Shown here: positions 41,038 to 49,869 of the stretch, piece after piece
Position numbering within the stretch: the first letter of the stretch is position 1
Layout: each line of letters starts with the position of its first letter
DNA from: Candidatus Cloacimonadales bacterium
Lineage (GTDB): Bacteria > Cloacimonadota > Cloacimonadia > Cloacimonadales > JAFGVF01
Reading direction: 5' to 3'
Assembly: GCA_963662585.1 (NCBI GenBank)
Contig: OY759729.1
Location: forward strand, 1,056,001 to 1,120,000
DNA: 64,000 bases
Notes under the pieces: model-generated
What the model was told of the DNA's origin: nothing
Databases searched by the model: none
Seen by the model: only the letters and a program-made list of their open reading frames with translations
Made by a program: the position numbers and the translations under genes

Positions 41038-44000
41038 TTACACTCCTAAGAAAAAGAATACTACTACAAAGAAAAGGATAATATGTAGCAGATAGGTTTG
41101 TCCATTTCCTGAATAAATACGACGGAATAGATCTCCCATTGTATGAGCCCACTCAGCAGAAGCATTCCAGAAATCCAATATTCTTGGTTTTCCCCAGCCC
41201 CCGAGAGCTTTTCTATAATGAGCATACATATTATGAGCAACATGAGTTGTTTGCGGAGATTCTGGTCTCTCTGCAGCATACACAATATTAAACTGTTTAA
41301 CTTTAGTTACTCTTCCAACAAAGAGCATCAAGAAAAATAGTGGAACTATAAATACACCCATGGTAATAAGCATAATCAAATTACCATTCCAGTTTCCAAA
41401 GCTTCCACTAACATTGTATCCATTAATAACTATATTTGAATCGAAGTATTGTCCTGCCATCGCACTTAATGGTCTAATAAGTAAATTAGGGAAGGTAGAT
41501 AATACCATTATGGCTCCGATAAAGATATATTGAGGAATAATAAACCACATTGGTGCTTCTTTCACATCTTTATGTTCATATTTCGCTTGGCCTAAGAAGA
41601 TAGTATGAATCAATCTATATAGATAGAGGAAACTAACTGCAGAAGCAAAGAATAATACAGCAGCTTGAAGATACCAACCTCTTTCGAGGAAAGAAGAGTA
41701 CATCAACCATTTTGAGCCGTATCCGGATAATGGTGGAACACCCGAGACTGCAATTATAGAAATCAAGACACTAATAAAGGATAGTGGCATTTTCTTGATT
41801 AAACCACCCATTTCATACATATTTCTGGTATGAGTTCTATAATAAACACCTGCTACCGCTATAAAGAGAGCAGATTTAAACATCATGTGATTAAGGGATA
41901 AGTAAAAAGCAGAAACCCAACCTAAATGACTTAACATTGAGATTGCCGCTATGATATACCCTACCTGACTCATACTTGAGTAAGCTAAAAGACGCTTAGC
42001 ATCTTCTTGGAAGGAAGCTAAGAAAGCTCCTACTAAAGCAGTGAAGACACCTAGCCAGCCTATCCAATAATAGACATCTATCTGAGGAGCATTGCTTACG
42101 ACGGAGATAGCAACTAAAAAGAAGCCATAGATACCTGCTTTCAAAAGAATAGCAGAGATAAAAGATGATACATCGGCTTCGGCTTCAGCATGTGCTTCTG
42201 GTAACCAAATATGAACCCCTAAGACACCTGATTTAATCATGAATCCTAAAGATAAGAGAATAATTGCTACCAAAGGTAAATTAATAATGCTCATCTGAGT
42301 TATTAAAGCAGAAGAGGAGATTAATTCCGGAGCGAAATTAAATCCTAACATTAGCAAATAAGCTCCTGCCATAGAGAATATCATATACATCAAGGAAGCT
42401 TTCTGTGCACTCTTGCCTCTTAAGATTAATAAAAAAGAAGCAATAGTCATTAATTCCCAGCTGAAAAAGAACTCTAAATAACTTGAGGCTACTAGTAGAT
42501 TACCAAAAGAGAAAATCATCATAAGTAAAAGACCATAAAAGCCTATACTTTCTTCTTTTCTATTTAAAGTACTGATAATATTTATACCACTTCCAACAAT
42601 AAAGATAACTCCAAAAAGTAACTGAATTGGATTTTCCAATCCTACTATCTTGTAGAGATAATATCCGTAAGCTCCAGTAGCGATTAAACTAATAAATCCT
42701 CTTAACTTTACTGGGAAGAAGGTCATGCTAAGCATAAACAAGAGACCTAATATTGGTAGATTACTTGTTAATTCAAAGTTATAGAAAGACCTCATTACAA
42801 CTAAGCCAGTGACAAAAGATAAGATGGTGATTATTTTCACTACTAATAATTTATTATTGAGTAATCCTCTAACAGCTATTCTATTATCAGTCTCTGTTTT
42901 AACAGTATAAGTGAACCATCTAAACAGATAAATTATTTCAAATAATGAACCAAGTAGGATTAAGGTTATTACTAAGTAGTTTTGACTATTTACCAAGACT
43001 TTGATAAACTCCCACTTTGCCCAGAAACCAGTAAATGGAGGTAAGCCAGACAGAGCAAAAATCAGCAAGCCAAAGATAACTAGTAATATTTTATTATTTC
43101 TTAAAGCATTCCAATTTCTAATTTCCTTCTTATTAACGATTCCACTCAACCAAAAGAGTCCTGTTTTAGCTAATAAGTGATTAAAGAAGAATCCACCAAT
43201 AATTAAGAATCTTAGTTCAGATGCTATACCTTGAGTAAAGATGATACTAGCAAGTAGCAATCCCATCTGCCCTATTGAAGAGTAACCTAGAAGTCTTTGC
43301 ACATTCTCTTGTTTTAATCCCATCAAGTTAGAAGCTATGAAAGTTATTACGCCAATTATACCAAAAGCATAGAGGAAGCTATTAGGCATTAAAGGCATAA
43401 TTTTATAAAACATAAAGGCTATTCCCGCAGAATTGATTACAGAGATAACTGCAGCAATTCCAGGATTAGTACTTTCATAGACATCTAAGGCCCAACCATT
43501 AGCTGGGAAAGACTTCATTTCTATAAGAAGAGCAATTGCTATCATATAAATAGCTATTAATCTATAATCAGTAAAGTTGTAAGTTATAAAATCTAAGTTC
43601 AGACTTCCACTAAAGAAATAGACAAATACAACCCCCAATAAGAAAAATATCGAGGCAATTCCGCTGGCTAGCATATATTTAAAACCTGAGACAAGCGAAT
43701 TCTCTCTTCTTCCTAAAGTAATTAAAGCAATAGTTGAGATTGAGGTTATTTCCATGAATACGAAAGAGTTGAAAAGGTCACGAGTTAAGATTAAACCATT
43801 TACTCCCACCATAATCATAAGATAGAGAATCATGGAGGATATTGATTTATCTTCTAAATCCTCACCTAGATAAATGGCAGTAAAGAAAGCGATTAGATTA
43901 ACTCCCAGTAAGACAATTAACTCCTCATAACCTACTTGAAAGTTTATTGAAAGAGGTGCTAAAAAACCTGCTGTATCAACGACTAATTTATCCATACCGG

Positions 44001-44160
44001 AATAAGCAAATTTGTAAAACCAGCTTCCTACGACAACAAGATTAGCCCCTAGTACTCCTAGAAAAGTAACAAAGGATAGTTTTCTACTTGCTTTATCTAT
44101 TAAGGGTAAACTAAAGCCTGCAAGTAAGGAAAGTATTATTAAATAGAGTGGATTTACCAT
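41038..44160 (-). CDS. Fused double MrpD/NuoL-M-N-type antiporter subunit (MbxH+H')
   Basis: Two proton-antiporter halves (DLFNSFVFME...LLGYSSIGQMG...SGLPPFTGF and EFFFSWE...HIWLPEAH...LLAYSSMSQVGY...SGVPPLSGY). Confidence 0.88.
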   Translation of the reverse strand: MVNPLYLIILSLLAGFSLPLIDKASRKLSFVTFLGVLGANLVVVGSWFYKFAYSGMDKLVVDTAGFLAPLSINFQVGYEELIVLLGVNLIAFFTAIYLGEDLEDKSISSMILYLMIMVGVNGLILTRDLFNSFVFMEITSISTIALITLGRRENSLVSGFKYMLASGIASIFFLLGVVFVYFFSGSLNLDFITYNFTDYRLIAIYMIAIALLIEMKSFPANGWALDVYESTNPGIAAVISVINSAGIAFMFYKIMPLMPNSFLYAFGIIGVITFIASNLMGLKQENVQRLLGYSSIGQMGLLLASIIFTQGIASELRFLIIGGFFFNHLLAKTGLFWLSGIVNKKEIRNWNALRNNKILLVIFGLLIFALSGLPPFTGFWAKWEFIKVLVNSQNYLVITLILLGSLFEIIYLFRWFTYTVKTETDNRIAVRGLLNNKLLVVKIITILSFVTGLVVMRSFYNFELTSNLPILGLLFMLSMTFFPVKLRGFISLIATGAYGYYLYKIVGLENPIQLLFGVIFIVGSGINIISTLNRKEESIGFYGLLLMMIFSFGNLLVASSYLEFFFSWELMTIASFLLILRGKSAQKASLMYMIFSMAGAYLLMLGFNFAPELISSSALITQMSIINLPLVAIILLSLGFMIKSGVLGVHIWLPEAHAEAEADVSSFISAILLKAGIYGFFLVAISVVSNAPQIDVYYWIGWLGVFTALVGAFLASFQEDAKRLLAYSSMSQVGYIIAAISMLSHLGWVSAFYLSLNHMMFKSALFIAVAGVYYRTHTRNMYEMGGLIKKMPLSFISVLISIIAVSGVPPLSGYGSKWLMYSSFLERGWYLQAAVLFFASAVSFLYLYRLIHTIFLGQAKYEHKDVKEAPMWFIIPQYIFIGAIMVLSTFPNLLIRPLSAMAGQYFDSNIVINGYNVSGSFGNWNGNLIMLITMGVFIVPLFFLMLFVGRVTKVKQFNIVYAAERPESPQTTHVAHNMYAHYRKALGGWGKPRILDFWNASAEWAHTMGDLFRRIYSGNGQTYLLHIILFFVVVFFFLGV

Positions 44161-44507
44161 TTTAACTCCTTATAATCATCTATGGAGAATGAACCTTTTT
44201 TCTTGTAGATTTCAGCAGCAAATACTAACATTAAAGCAGTAGTAGCAAGTCCGATCACAATTGCAGTTAACACTAAAGCTGAAGGAATTGGATCTATAAC
44301 TTCTCTGACTGAATTAGCAATGCTTACTGCAGAATCTATAATTGGAGCTGTTCTTCCTTTTAGATATCCCAAGGAGATAATAATTATATGCACTCCTGTA
44401 TCGGCTATCGAAAAGCCTAAAATGATTTTTATAATATTCTTTTGGGTAAGCATGGCAAAAAGTCCTATTACCAATAAGACAAAACCTATGATTAATGTTT
44501 CTATCAT
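44154..44507 (-). CDS. mnhC: Mrp/Mnh antiporter subunit C-like
   Basis: KNIIKIILG, DPIPSALVLTAIVIG. Confidence 0.9.
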   Translation of the reverse strand: MIETLIIGFVLLVIGLFAMLTQKNIIKIILGFSIADTGVHIIIISLGYLKGRTAPIIDSAVSIANSVREVIDPIPSALVLTAIVIGLATTALMLVFAAEIYKKKGSFSIDDYKELKW

Positions 44508-45184
44508 CTTTCACTCCCCATGGTATTTATAATATTTGTTAATTCTGAGCCAACTTTCAACCCTATAAAAGAGTAGATTAAGGGTATTGCCCCAGCACTA
44601 AATAATTCTCCGTATTTTCCTAAAGGAAGTAAAGAAGGATTTAAGAAGCCAATAGTTAGAATCAAGCCAACTAAGCCAATAACTACATAAGCTATTCCAG
44701 ATATAGATTCAACCAGGCTGAGAATGATATGACTAATTTTAAAGTCTAAATCTGAAAGAATTAGAAGTAGGAAGCCAGAAGCAATAACTACACCACCTTG
44801 GAATCCACCACCTGGTGAAAGATGCCCATGAGTGAAGATATATACTCCTAATACCATGATAAGACTTACTAAAAATGATGAAGTTGTTTTAATGTTCTCT
44901 GAGACACTTCTCTTTGCTGATTTTTGTTTTTTATTTTGTAACAAAAAGCCAACGCCAAGTGTAGCAAGAAAAAGTACTGTAACCTCACCGATAGTATCTA
45001 ATCCCCTGTAAGTTACAACTACCGAAGTAACAACATTAGGTGAATTTAAATCCTGAACAGATCCTTCTACATAACTTCTTGCTAAAGGAGAAAGCTCTTC
45101 TCTAGCTTCAAAGTTAACTATAAAAGGTAGAAATATTACTACAAGTCCAATTACTGAAAGTAGAATAAGTACTTTATTTATCAT
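44504..45184 (-). CDS. mnhB: Mrp/Mnh subunit B-like
   Basis: NVVTSVVVTYRGLDTIGE, HGHLSPGGGFQGG. Confidence 0.9.
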   Translation of the reverse strand: MINKVLILLSVIGLVVIFLPFIVNFEAREELSPLARSYVEGSVQDLNSPNVVTSVVVTYRGLDTIGEVTVLFLATLGVGFLLQNKKQKSAKRSVSENIKTTSSFLVSLIMVLGVYIFTHGHLSPGGGFQGGVVIASGFLLLILSDLDFKISHIILSLVESISGIAYVVIGLVGLILTIGFLNPSLLPLGKYGELFSAGAIPLIYSFIGLKVGSELTNIINTMGSER

Positions 45185-45425
45185 CTTTCTTCTCCTTTCG
45201 CATTCTATTTAAGGCGTATAAGAAGACCACTGTAGTAAGGGCAGAGCCAATTGACGCCTCAGTCATAGCTACATCAGGTGAACCCAAAATTAAATAGAGA
45301 ACACTAGCTAAAAGACTGATTACACCAGCACTAATAATTGCCGACACTAAATTCTTCTGCATAATAGTGAAGATTGCTGCACTGATCATAATTACACCTA
45401 AGCCTATAACAATCAGAGAGTTCAT
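45174..45425 (-). CDS. DUF4040 / MnhB N-terminal-like small membrane subunit (MbxD-like)
   Basis: SPDVAMTEASIG motif; 3 TM helices. Confidence 0.85.
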   Translation of the reverse strand: MNSLIVIGLGVIMISAAIFTIMQKNLVSAIISAGVISLLASVLYLILGSPDVAMTEASIGSALTTVVFLYALNRMRKEKKDDK

Positions 45426-45766
45426 AACTTCCCTCCTTCTAGCTTATCATCATCATCTTTAAGTTCATCTTTTAATGATATTTTGGTTAGTTTAATACCT
45501 GAGAAGTGAGCTGCTCTGGCAATAACATTTGAAGAAACAGGGTTAGTTGCTATTACAAAAAGAATTATAATAATAACTTTCCCACACCAAGCTGAACCAA
45601 AATTGGCAAGTCCTATTCCAATTGTAAAAAGAATAGTGCCTAAAGTTGTGGCTTTGGTCCCTGCTTGCATTCTATTATAGACATCAGGCATTCTAACAAC
45701 ACCAAGAGCTCCAAGAAATAAAAAAAGTGCTCCAAGTAAAGTGATTATTGCTGAAAATAATTCCAT
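45422..45766 (-). CDS. mnhG: Mrp/Mnh subunit G-like
   Basis: GVVRMPDVYNRMQAGTKATTLG, TNPVSS. Confidence 0.9.
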   Translation of the reverse strand: MELFSAIITLLGALFLFLGALGVVRMPDVYNRMQAGTKATTLGTILFTIGIGLANFGSAWCGKVIIIILFVIATNPVSSNVIARAAHFSGIKLTKISLKDELKDDDDKLEGGKL

Positions 45767-46026
45767 TATAACCCCCTTTCCAAATAACGAGCTAAAGCTA
45801 CTACACCGATAAAACTTACTAGACCATAAACAATTGCTACATCAAGATATATTATTCTCTGAGCAAAATGGGCTATTAAGACAATAAGTGATATTGAAAT
45901 AATGGTCATTGCATCTAAAGCAACAATTCTATCAGCCACTGTAGGGCCTTTAAATAACCTGAAAAGGGTCATAAGAAGGCTGAGAATAATTAAGCTGCTT
46001 GCAATTTGATAGATAATATTAACCAA
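45766..46026 (-). CDS. mnhF: Mrp/Mnh subunit F-like
   Basis: RLFKGPTVADRIVALD, YLDVAIVY, ARYLERG. Confidence 0.9.
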   Translation of the reverse strand: MVNIIYQIASSLIILSLLMTLFRLFKGPTVADRIVALDAMTIISISLIVLIAHFAQRIIYLDVAIVYGLVSFIGVVALARYLERGL

Positions 46027-46513
46027 AAATCACCTCCAAATACTTTTCAAATTTTGCTACAATCGCTTCTGTAGCACTGTTGATATCAGTACTGGTTACA
46101 TCAATCCAATGAATATAAAAATACTCATCACGCATCTCTACGGTTAGAGTTCCCGGAGTTAAAGTTATGGAATTAGCTAAAAAAGCTCTTCCCAATGGTG
46201 TCTTTAACTTAGTTTTGACTTTTACGATACCAGGATTAATTGGCAGATTTGGCGAGACAACCCTTTTAGCTACATCTAAATTAGATTTTAGTAACTCCCA
46301 ACTAAAAAGAAAGAAGTAACCTATGCTATAAATAAATGCTTTAAAGCTAAATTGTATGTCGCCAAGAATAGTTAACCTCTTCAAGAATATTAGTGAGATA
46401 ATAACTGCGGTAATTCCGCCAAAAATAACTTCTTGATTGGTAATTCCTGACAATAAAATCCAAGTAATGAACAATAATACTGTCGCAATAACAAATGTCT
46501 TAGTGCTCTTCAT
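46019..46513 (-). CDS. mnhE: Mrp/Mnh subunit E-like
   Basis: SNLDVAKRV, PINPGIV, LANSITLTPGTLT, YIHWID. Confidence 0.92.
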   Translation of the reverse strand: MKSTKTFVIATVLLFITWILLSGITNQEVIFGGITAVIISLIFLKRLTILGDIQFSFKAFIYSIGYFFLFSWELLKSNLDVAKRVVSPNLPINPGIVKVKTKLKTPLGRAFLANSITLTPGTLTVEMRDEYFYIHWIDVTSTDINSATEAIVAKFEKYLEVIFG

Positions 46514-46522
46514 TGCTTATCC

Positions 46523-47125
46523 TCACTCTTGTTTTATTGAATCTATAATTAATTCAAAAAGGTAATGAAAACTATTTTCACCTTTTGTTCCTAATTCTGA
46601 TATAAAGCTGACATCTTCTCCCCATAAAGCATTTGCTAGAGGAATTACTTTAACTTCTGATTTTATCGAACCATCTTTTATACCGTCTTCAAGATAGCCC
46701 CTGATAGCTTGATTAATCTCATCATTAAAGTTACTATTCTTACCTTTCTCCTCGTCAATTGAGACACATTGACTCTTATGATATTTAAATGTTTCAAATA
46801 TTTTCTTAAAATCATCTCTTTTAGAAAATTCGTTCAAGAAACTCTCTTTAAAAGTAATCAATTTCTTTAAACCTGTTAATTTTTTTTTGGATATTTGTTG
46901 AGCTAATTGTGAAATACTTCCAAAATAGTTGTTAATAATACAAAAACACACCTCATTTTTACTCTTAAAATAAGAATAAATAGAACCTTTACTATAGCCA
47001 ACTTTATGGGCTATCTCCAGCATTGTGGTGTTCTCAAAACCTTTAGTAAAGAAAATCTCCTCTGCCGCAGTGACTATTAGATTCTTTTTAAACTCATACT
47101 CTTGCTGTTTCCTGAATGTACTCAA
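46523..47125 (-). CDS. TetR/AcrR-family transcriptional regulator
   Basis: AAEEIFFTKGFENTTMLEIAHKVGYSKGSIYSYFKSK; TTG start with GGAAGG RBS; first gene of the Mrp/Mbx operon. Confidence 0.9.
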   Translation of the reverse strand: MSTFRKQQEYEFKKNLIVTAAEEIFFTKGFENTTMLEIAHKVGYSKGSIYSYFKSKNEVCFCIINNYFGSISQLAQQISKKKLTGLKKLITFKESFLNEFSKRDDFKKIFETFKYHKSQCVSIDEEKGKNSNFNDEINQAIRGYLEDGIKDGSIKSEVKVIPLANALWGEDVSFISELGTKGENSFHYLFELIIDSIKQE

Positions 47126-47175
47126 ATTTTCCTTCCTTATCAGATTTTTTTATTCAGTATCATCAAACAGAATTC

Positions 47176-47204
47176 ATTTTATTGACCCTTAGTCAATTTG
47201 TCAA
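47176..47204 (-). promoter_or_regulatory. sigma70 promoter with a palindromic operator in the spacer
   Basis: Minus strand TTGACA-17 bp-TAAAAT; ATTGAC-N5-GTCAAT at 47181-47197. Confidence 0.75.
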
Positions 47205-47438
47205 TATTTGTTTTATTTTTTTTATTCAAGTACGATAAAATAGGCCTTGTTCAGGGAATGAAAGTAATAATCTTCCATAATACTATAGGCCCCAGTTTTT
47301 CTCAAAATGGTCAATTACTCAAGTTTTTATTATTTTTTTAGCTTTTACATCCAAGAGGAAGCAGAGTGTTAACAAACTCAACATCTCTGAGTTTTGGTCT
47401 CTTTTTAAAAAAAGAGATAGCTAATAGATTTATTCAAA

Positions 47439-47552
47439 GTAGAGACCTTGCATGGTAGAGACCTTGCATAGTAGAGACCTTGCATAGTAGAGACCTTGCA
47501 TAGTAGAGACCTTGCATAGTAGAGACCTTGCATGCAAGGTCTCTACTATGCA
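47439..47552. repeat. Tandem array of a 16-bp half-REP unit ending in the same full palindrome as at 20559
   Basis: GTAGAGACCTTGCATG, then 4x GTAGAGACCTTGCATA, then GTAGAGACCTTGCATGCAAGGTCTCTAC (47519-47546), then TATGCA. Confidence 0.95.
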
Positions 47553-47735
47553 GATATAATTAAAACGAAGCCTCAAAGGCGAAAATATCCTAAACTTCTA
47601 AATTGCTTTTCATAGATTATTTTATCAAAAATCGCATACATTATTATTTTCCTACCACTAGTCTTGAATATGAGCTAAATATTTGTCTTGTGCTAAATCC
47701 TCATACCAACAATAAGTTCAGATTTTAATTGTATC

Positions 47736-47764
47736 TTGACATCTATTTTAATATATATTTTAAT
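47736..47764 (+). promoter_or_regulatory. Putative sigma70 promoter of the ATPase/DUF4276 pair
   Basis: TTGACA-17 bp-TTTAAT, 50 bp upstream of ATG 47814. Confidence 0.55.
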
Positions 47765-47813
47765 GTACAAAATTTTATATATAAAAAGATTAACTCATGT
47801 TTTAGGAGAGAAA

Positions 47814-48893
47814 ATGATTAATGAAATTACTGTTTCTGGTTACAAATCAATTAAAAGATCTACTATTAAATTAAGCAGATTGAACATTCTCATTGGTGAA
47901 AATGGGGCTGGTAAAAATAACTTCTTATCATTATTTAGGCTAATTAATCAGATTATAGATGAAAACTTACAAAAATGGATTAAGCTCAATGGTGGAGCGG
48001 AAAATATTTTGTATTATGGGAGAAAGGTTACTAAAGACATCGCTATAGATATAACATTCGACCGAGATAAATATTTTGTCCATCTATCTCACTCCAGAGA
48101 TACTTTAATAATTAATAAAGAGATTTTGAGTTATACCTACTCAGATGGTAATCTTTATAATTTACCATCTACCATTGATGGTTATGAAAGCACTATCAGA
48201 AAAGAAGCTCTCCTAAGCCCAAATAAAATAGCAGATAAGATGTTGAAAAATATGCGTGAATGGAAGATTTACCATTTTCATGATACAAGTATTAATTCTC
48301 CAATTAAAACATTTAATAAGATTAATGACTTAGAATATTTTACAGCTGATGGTTCGAATTTGACATCTTTTCTCTATTTCTTAAAAAATCATCATCCTAA
48401 GAATTATCTCCTAATTGAAAAAAGCATCCAACTTGTAGCTCCTTATTTTGATAAATTCAAACTTGAACCTGATATAAGCAATAACGAAATTATTTATCTC
48501 AAGTGGTTTAGTAAGGGTTTTGATCACCAAATGAGTATTGATGATTTTTCGGATGGTACTCTTAGATTTATCTGCTATGCTACACTTTTACAACAACCAA
48601 AGGAGTTTATTCCTCAAACAATTATTATTGATGAACCAGAGTTAGGATTACACCCAAAAGCATTAGGGCTATTAGCGTCGATGATCAAAACCGTGACAAA
48701 AGAAAAGCAAGTAATTATATCTACACAATCAGTAGAATTTATTAATTATTTCGAGCTCGAAGATCTAATTATCGTGGATAGAAATAAAGAAGATAGTAAG
48801 TTTAAAAGACTTGATCATAAAGATTTAGTACAGTGGTTGGACGATTACTCTTTAGGTGAGTTATGGAATAAGAATCTACTTGGAGGAAGATAG
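47814..48893 (+). CDS. AAA_21/AAA_15 ABC-type ATPase (RecF/SMC-like)
   Basis: GYKSI, LIGENGAGKNN, YHFHDT, FSDGTLR, IIDEPELGLHP, ISTQS, YSLGELW.KNLLGGR; AGGAG RBS before ATG 47814 (track start 47736). Confidence 0.88.
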   Translation: MINEITVSGYKSIKRSTIKLSRLNILIGENGAGKNNFLSLFRLINQIIDENLQKWIKLNGGAENILYYGRKVTKDIAIDITFDRDKYFVHLSHSRDTLIINKEILSYTYSDGNLYNLPSTIDGYESTIRKEALLSPNKIADKMLKNMREWKIYHFHDTSINSPIKTFNKINDLEYFTADGSNLTSFLYFLKNHHPKNYLLIEKSIQLVAPYFDKFKLEPDISNNEIIYLKWFSKGFDHQMSIDDFSDGTLRFICYATLLQQPKEFIPQTIIIDEPELGLHPKALGLLASMIKTVTKEKQVIISTQSVEFINYFELEDLIIVDRNKEDSKFKRLDHKDLVQWLDDYSLGELWNKNLLGGR

Positions 48894-48895
48894 CC

Positions 48896-49561
48896 ATGAT
48901 TAGAATTGCAATCCATGTAGAGGGATTTACTGAAGAGGAATTTGTTAAAAACATTATCTCAGATTATCTTTTAAAATTTGATGTTTCAGTTACTCCTATC
49001 ATAGTTTCAACCAGTAAGGATAGGGCAGGAAGAAAGCACAAAGGAGGGATCACAAACAAGCTGTATCATAGTAGAATTAAAAAAGAACTTCTTAGTTTGC
49101 TAGATAATTTTGATTATGTCACTACCATGTATGATTTCTACGGTATTCCTCATGACTTCCCAGGTTACGATAGATCCGACAGCAAAAGTGAAGTCCAGAT
49201 ATCCAACATCTGTAAAGCTCTCAAAGAAGATATTAACAATAATCGTTTTATCCCTTTTTTAATTAAACACGAATTTGAAACCCTCCTATATGTTCACCCA
49301 CAGGCTGCAGATATTATCGACTCACAGTTTGCTGAAGGAATGGAAAAGATTCTATCTACTTTTCATAATCTCCCAGAAGACATTAACAATAACCCAGCCA
49401 CTTCTCCTTCCCATAGAATAATTAACCTATATCCTAATTATGACAAAGTCTTTCATGGAAATATTATTGCTTTAGAAATAGGAGTCATGAAAATGTTAGA
49501 TATGTGTCCTCATTTTGCTGAATGGATTAATCAACTCACATCCTTAGGAAAGCCCATCTAG
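48896..49561 (+). CDS. DUF4276-family protein (TOPRIM/RloB-like partner of the ATPase)
   Basis: VEGFTEEEFV, TTMYDFYG, HEFETLL, PEDINNNPATSPSHRI, CPHFAEW; starts 2 bp after the ATPase stop. Confidence 0.8.
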   Translation: MIRIAIHVEGFTEEEFVKNIISDYLLKFDVSVTPIIVSTSKDRAGRKHKGGITNKLYHSRIKKELLSLLDNFDYVTTMYDFYGIPHDFPGYDRSDSKSEVQISNICKALKEDINNNRFIPFLIKHEFETLLYVHPQAADIIDSQFAEGMEKILSTFHNLPEDINNNPATSPSHRIINLYPNYDKVFHGNIIALEIGVMKMLDMCPHFAEWINQLTSLGKPI

Positions 49562-49736
49562 TTGAACAACTGACATGATAAAATAACAAGCATTTATCAT
49601 CATTACTTCGGGATTCAGGAAGATGATTCTCCCTAATGTAATGCTAAAACATGAGGTCATAGTAGAATTTCTTTAAAGTCTCCTAAAATATATTAATTGA
49701 CATTAACCCTCAATAAATAATCTTGTCTCTTAAATA

Positions 49737-49802
49737 GGTAGAATGATTTGTCTTTTTTTGCAACTGCCAACATCTTAATTGATGTGAATAAAAGTGCTAA
49801 TT
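49737..49802 (+). ncRNA. Probable SAM-II-type riboswitch in the metK leader
   Basis: GGTAG/CTGCC stem enclosing TGATTTG...TTGCAA, an inserted hairpin ACATC-ttaatt-GATGT, then AAAAGTGCTAA. This matches the SAM-II order UGAUUU..UUGCA..AAA..GCUAA. It lies downstream of TTGACA (49697) and upstream of SAM synthetase. Confidence 0.55.
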
Positions 49803-49869
49803 AAGTTTAAAATTAGTTATGCAATATCAAACCTTATCCTACCTGTAAAAACAAACGAAGGAGACGCAA

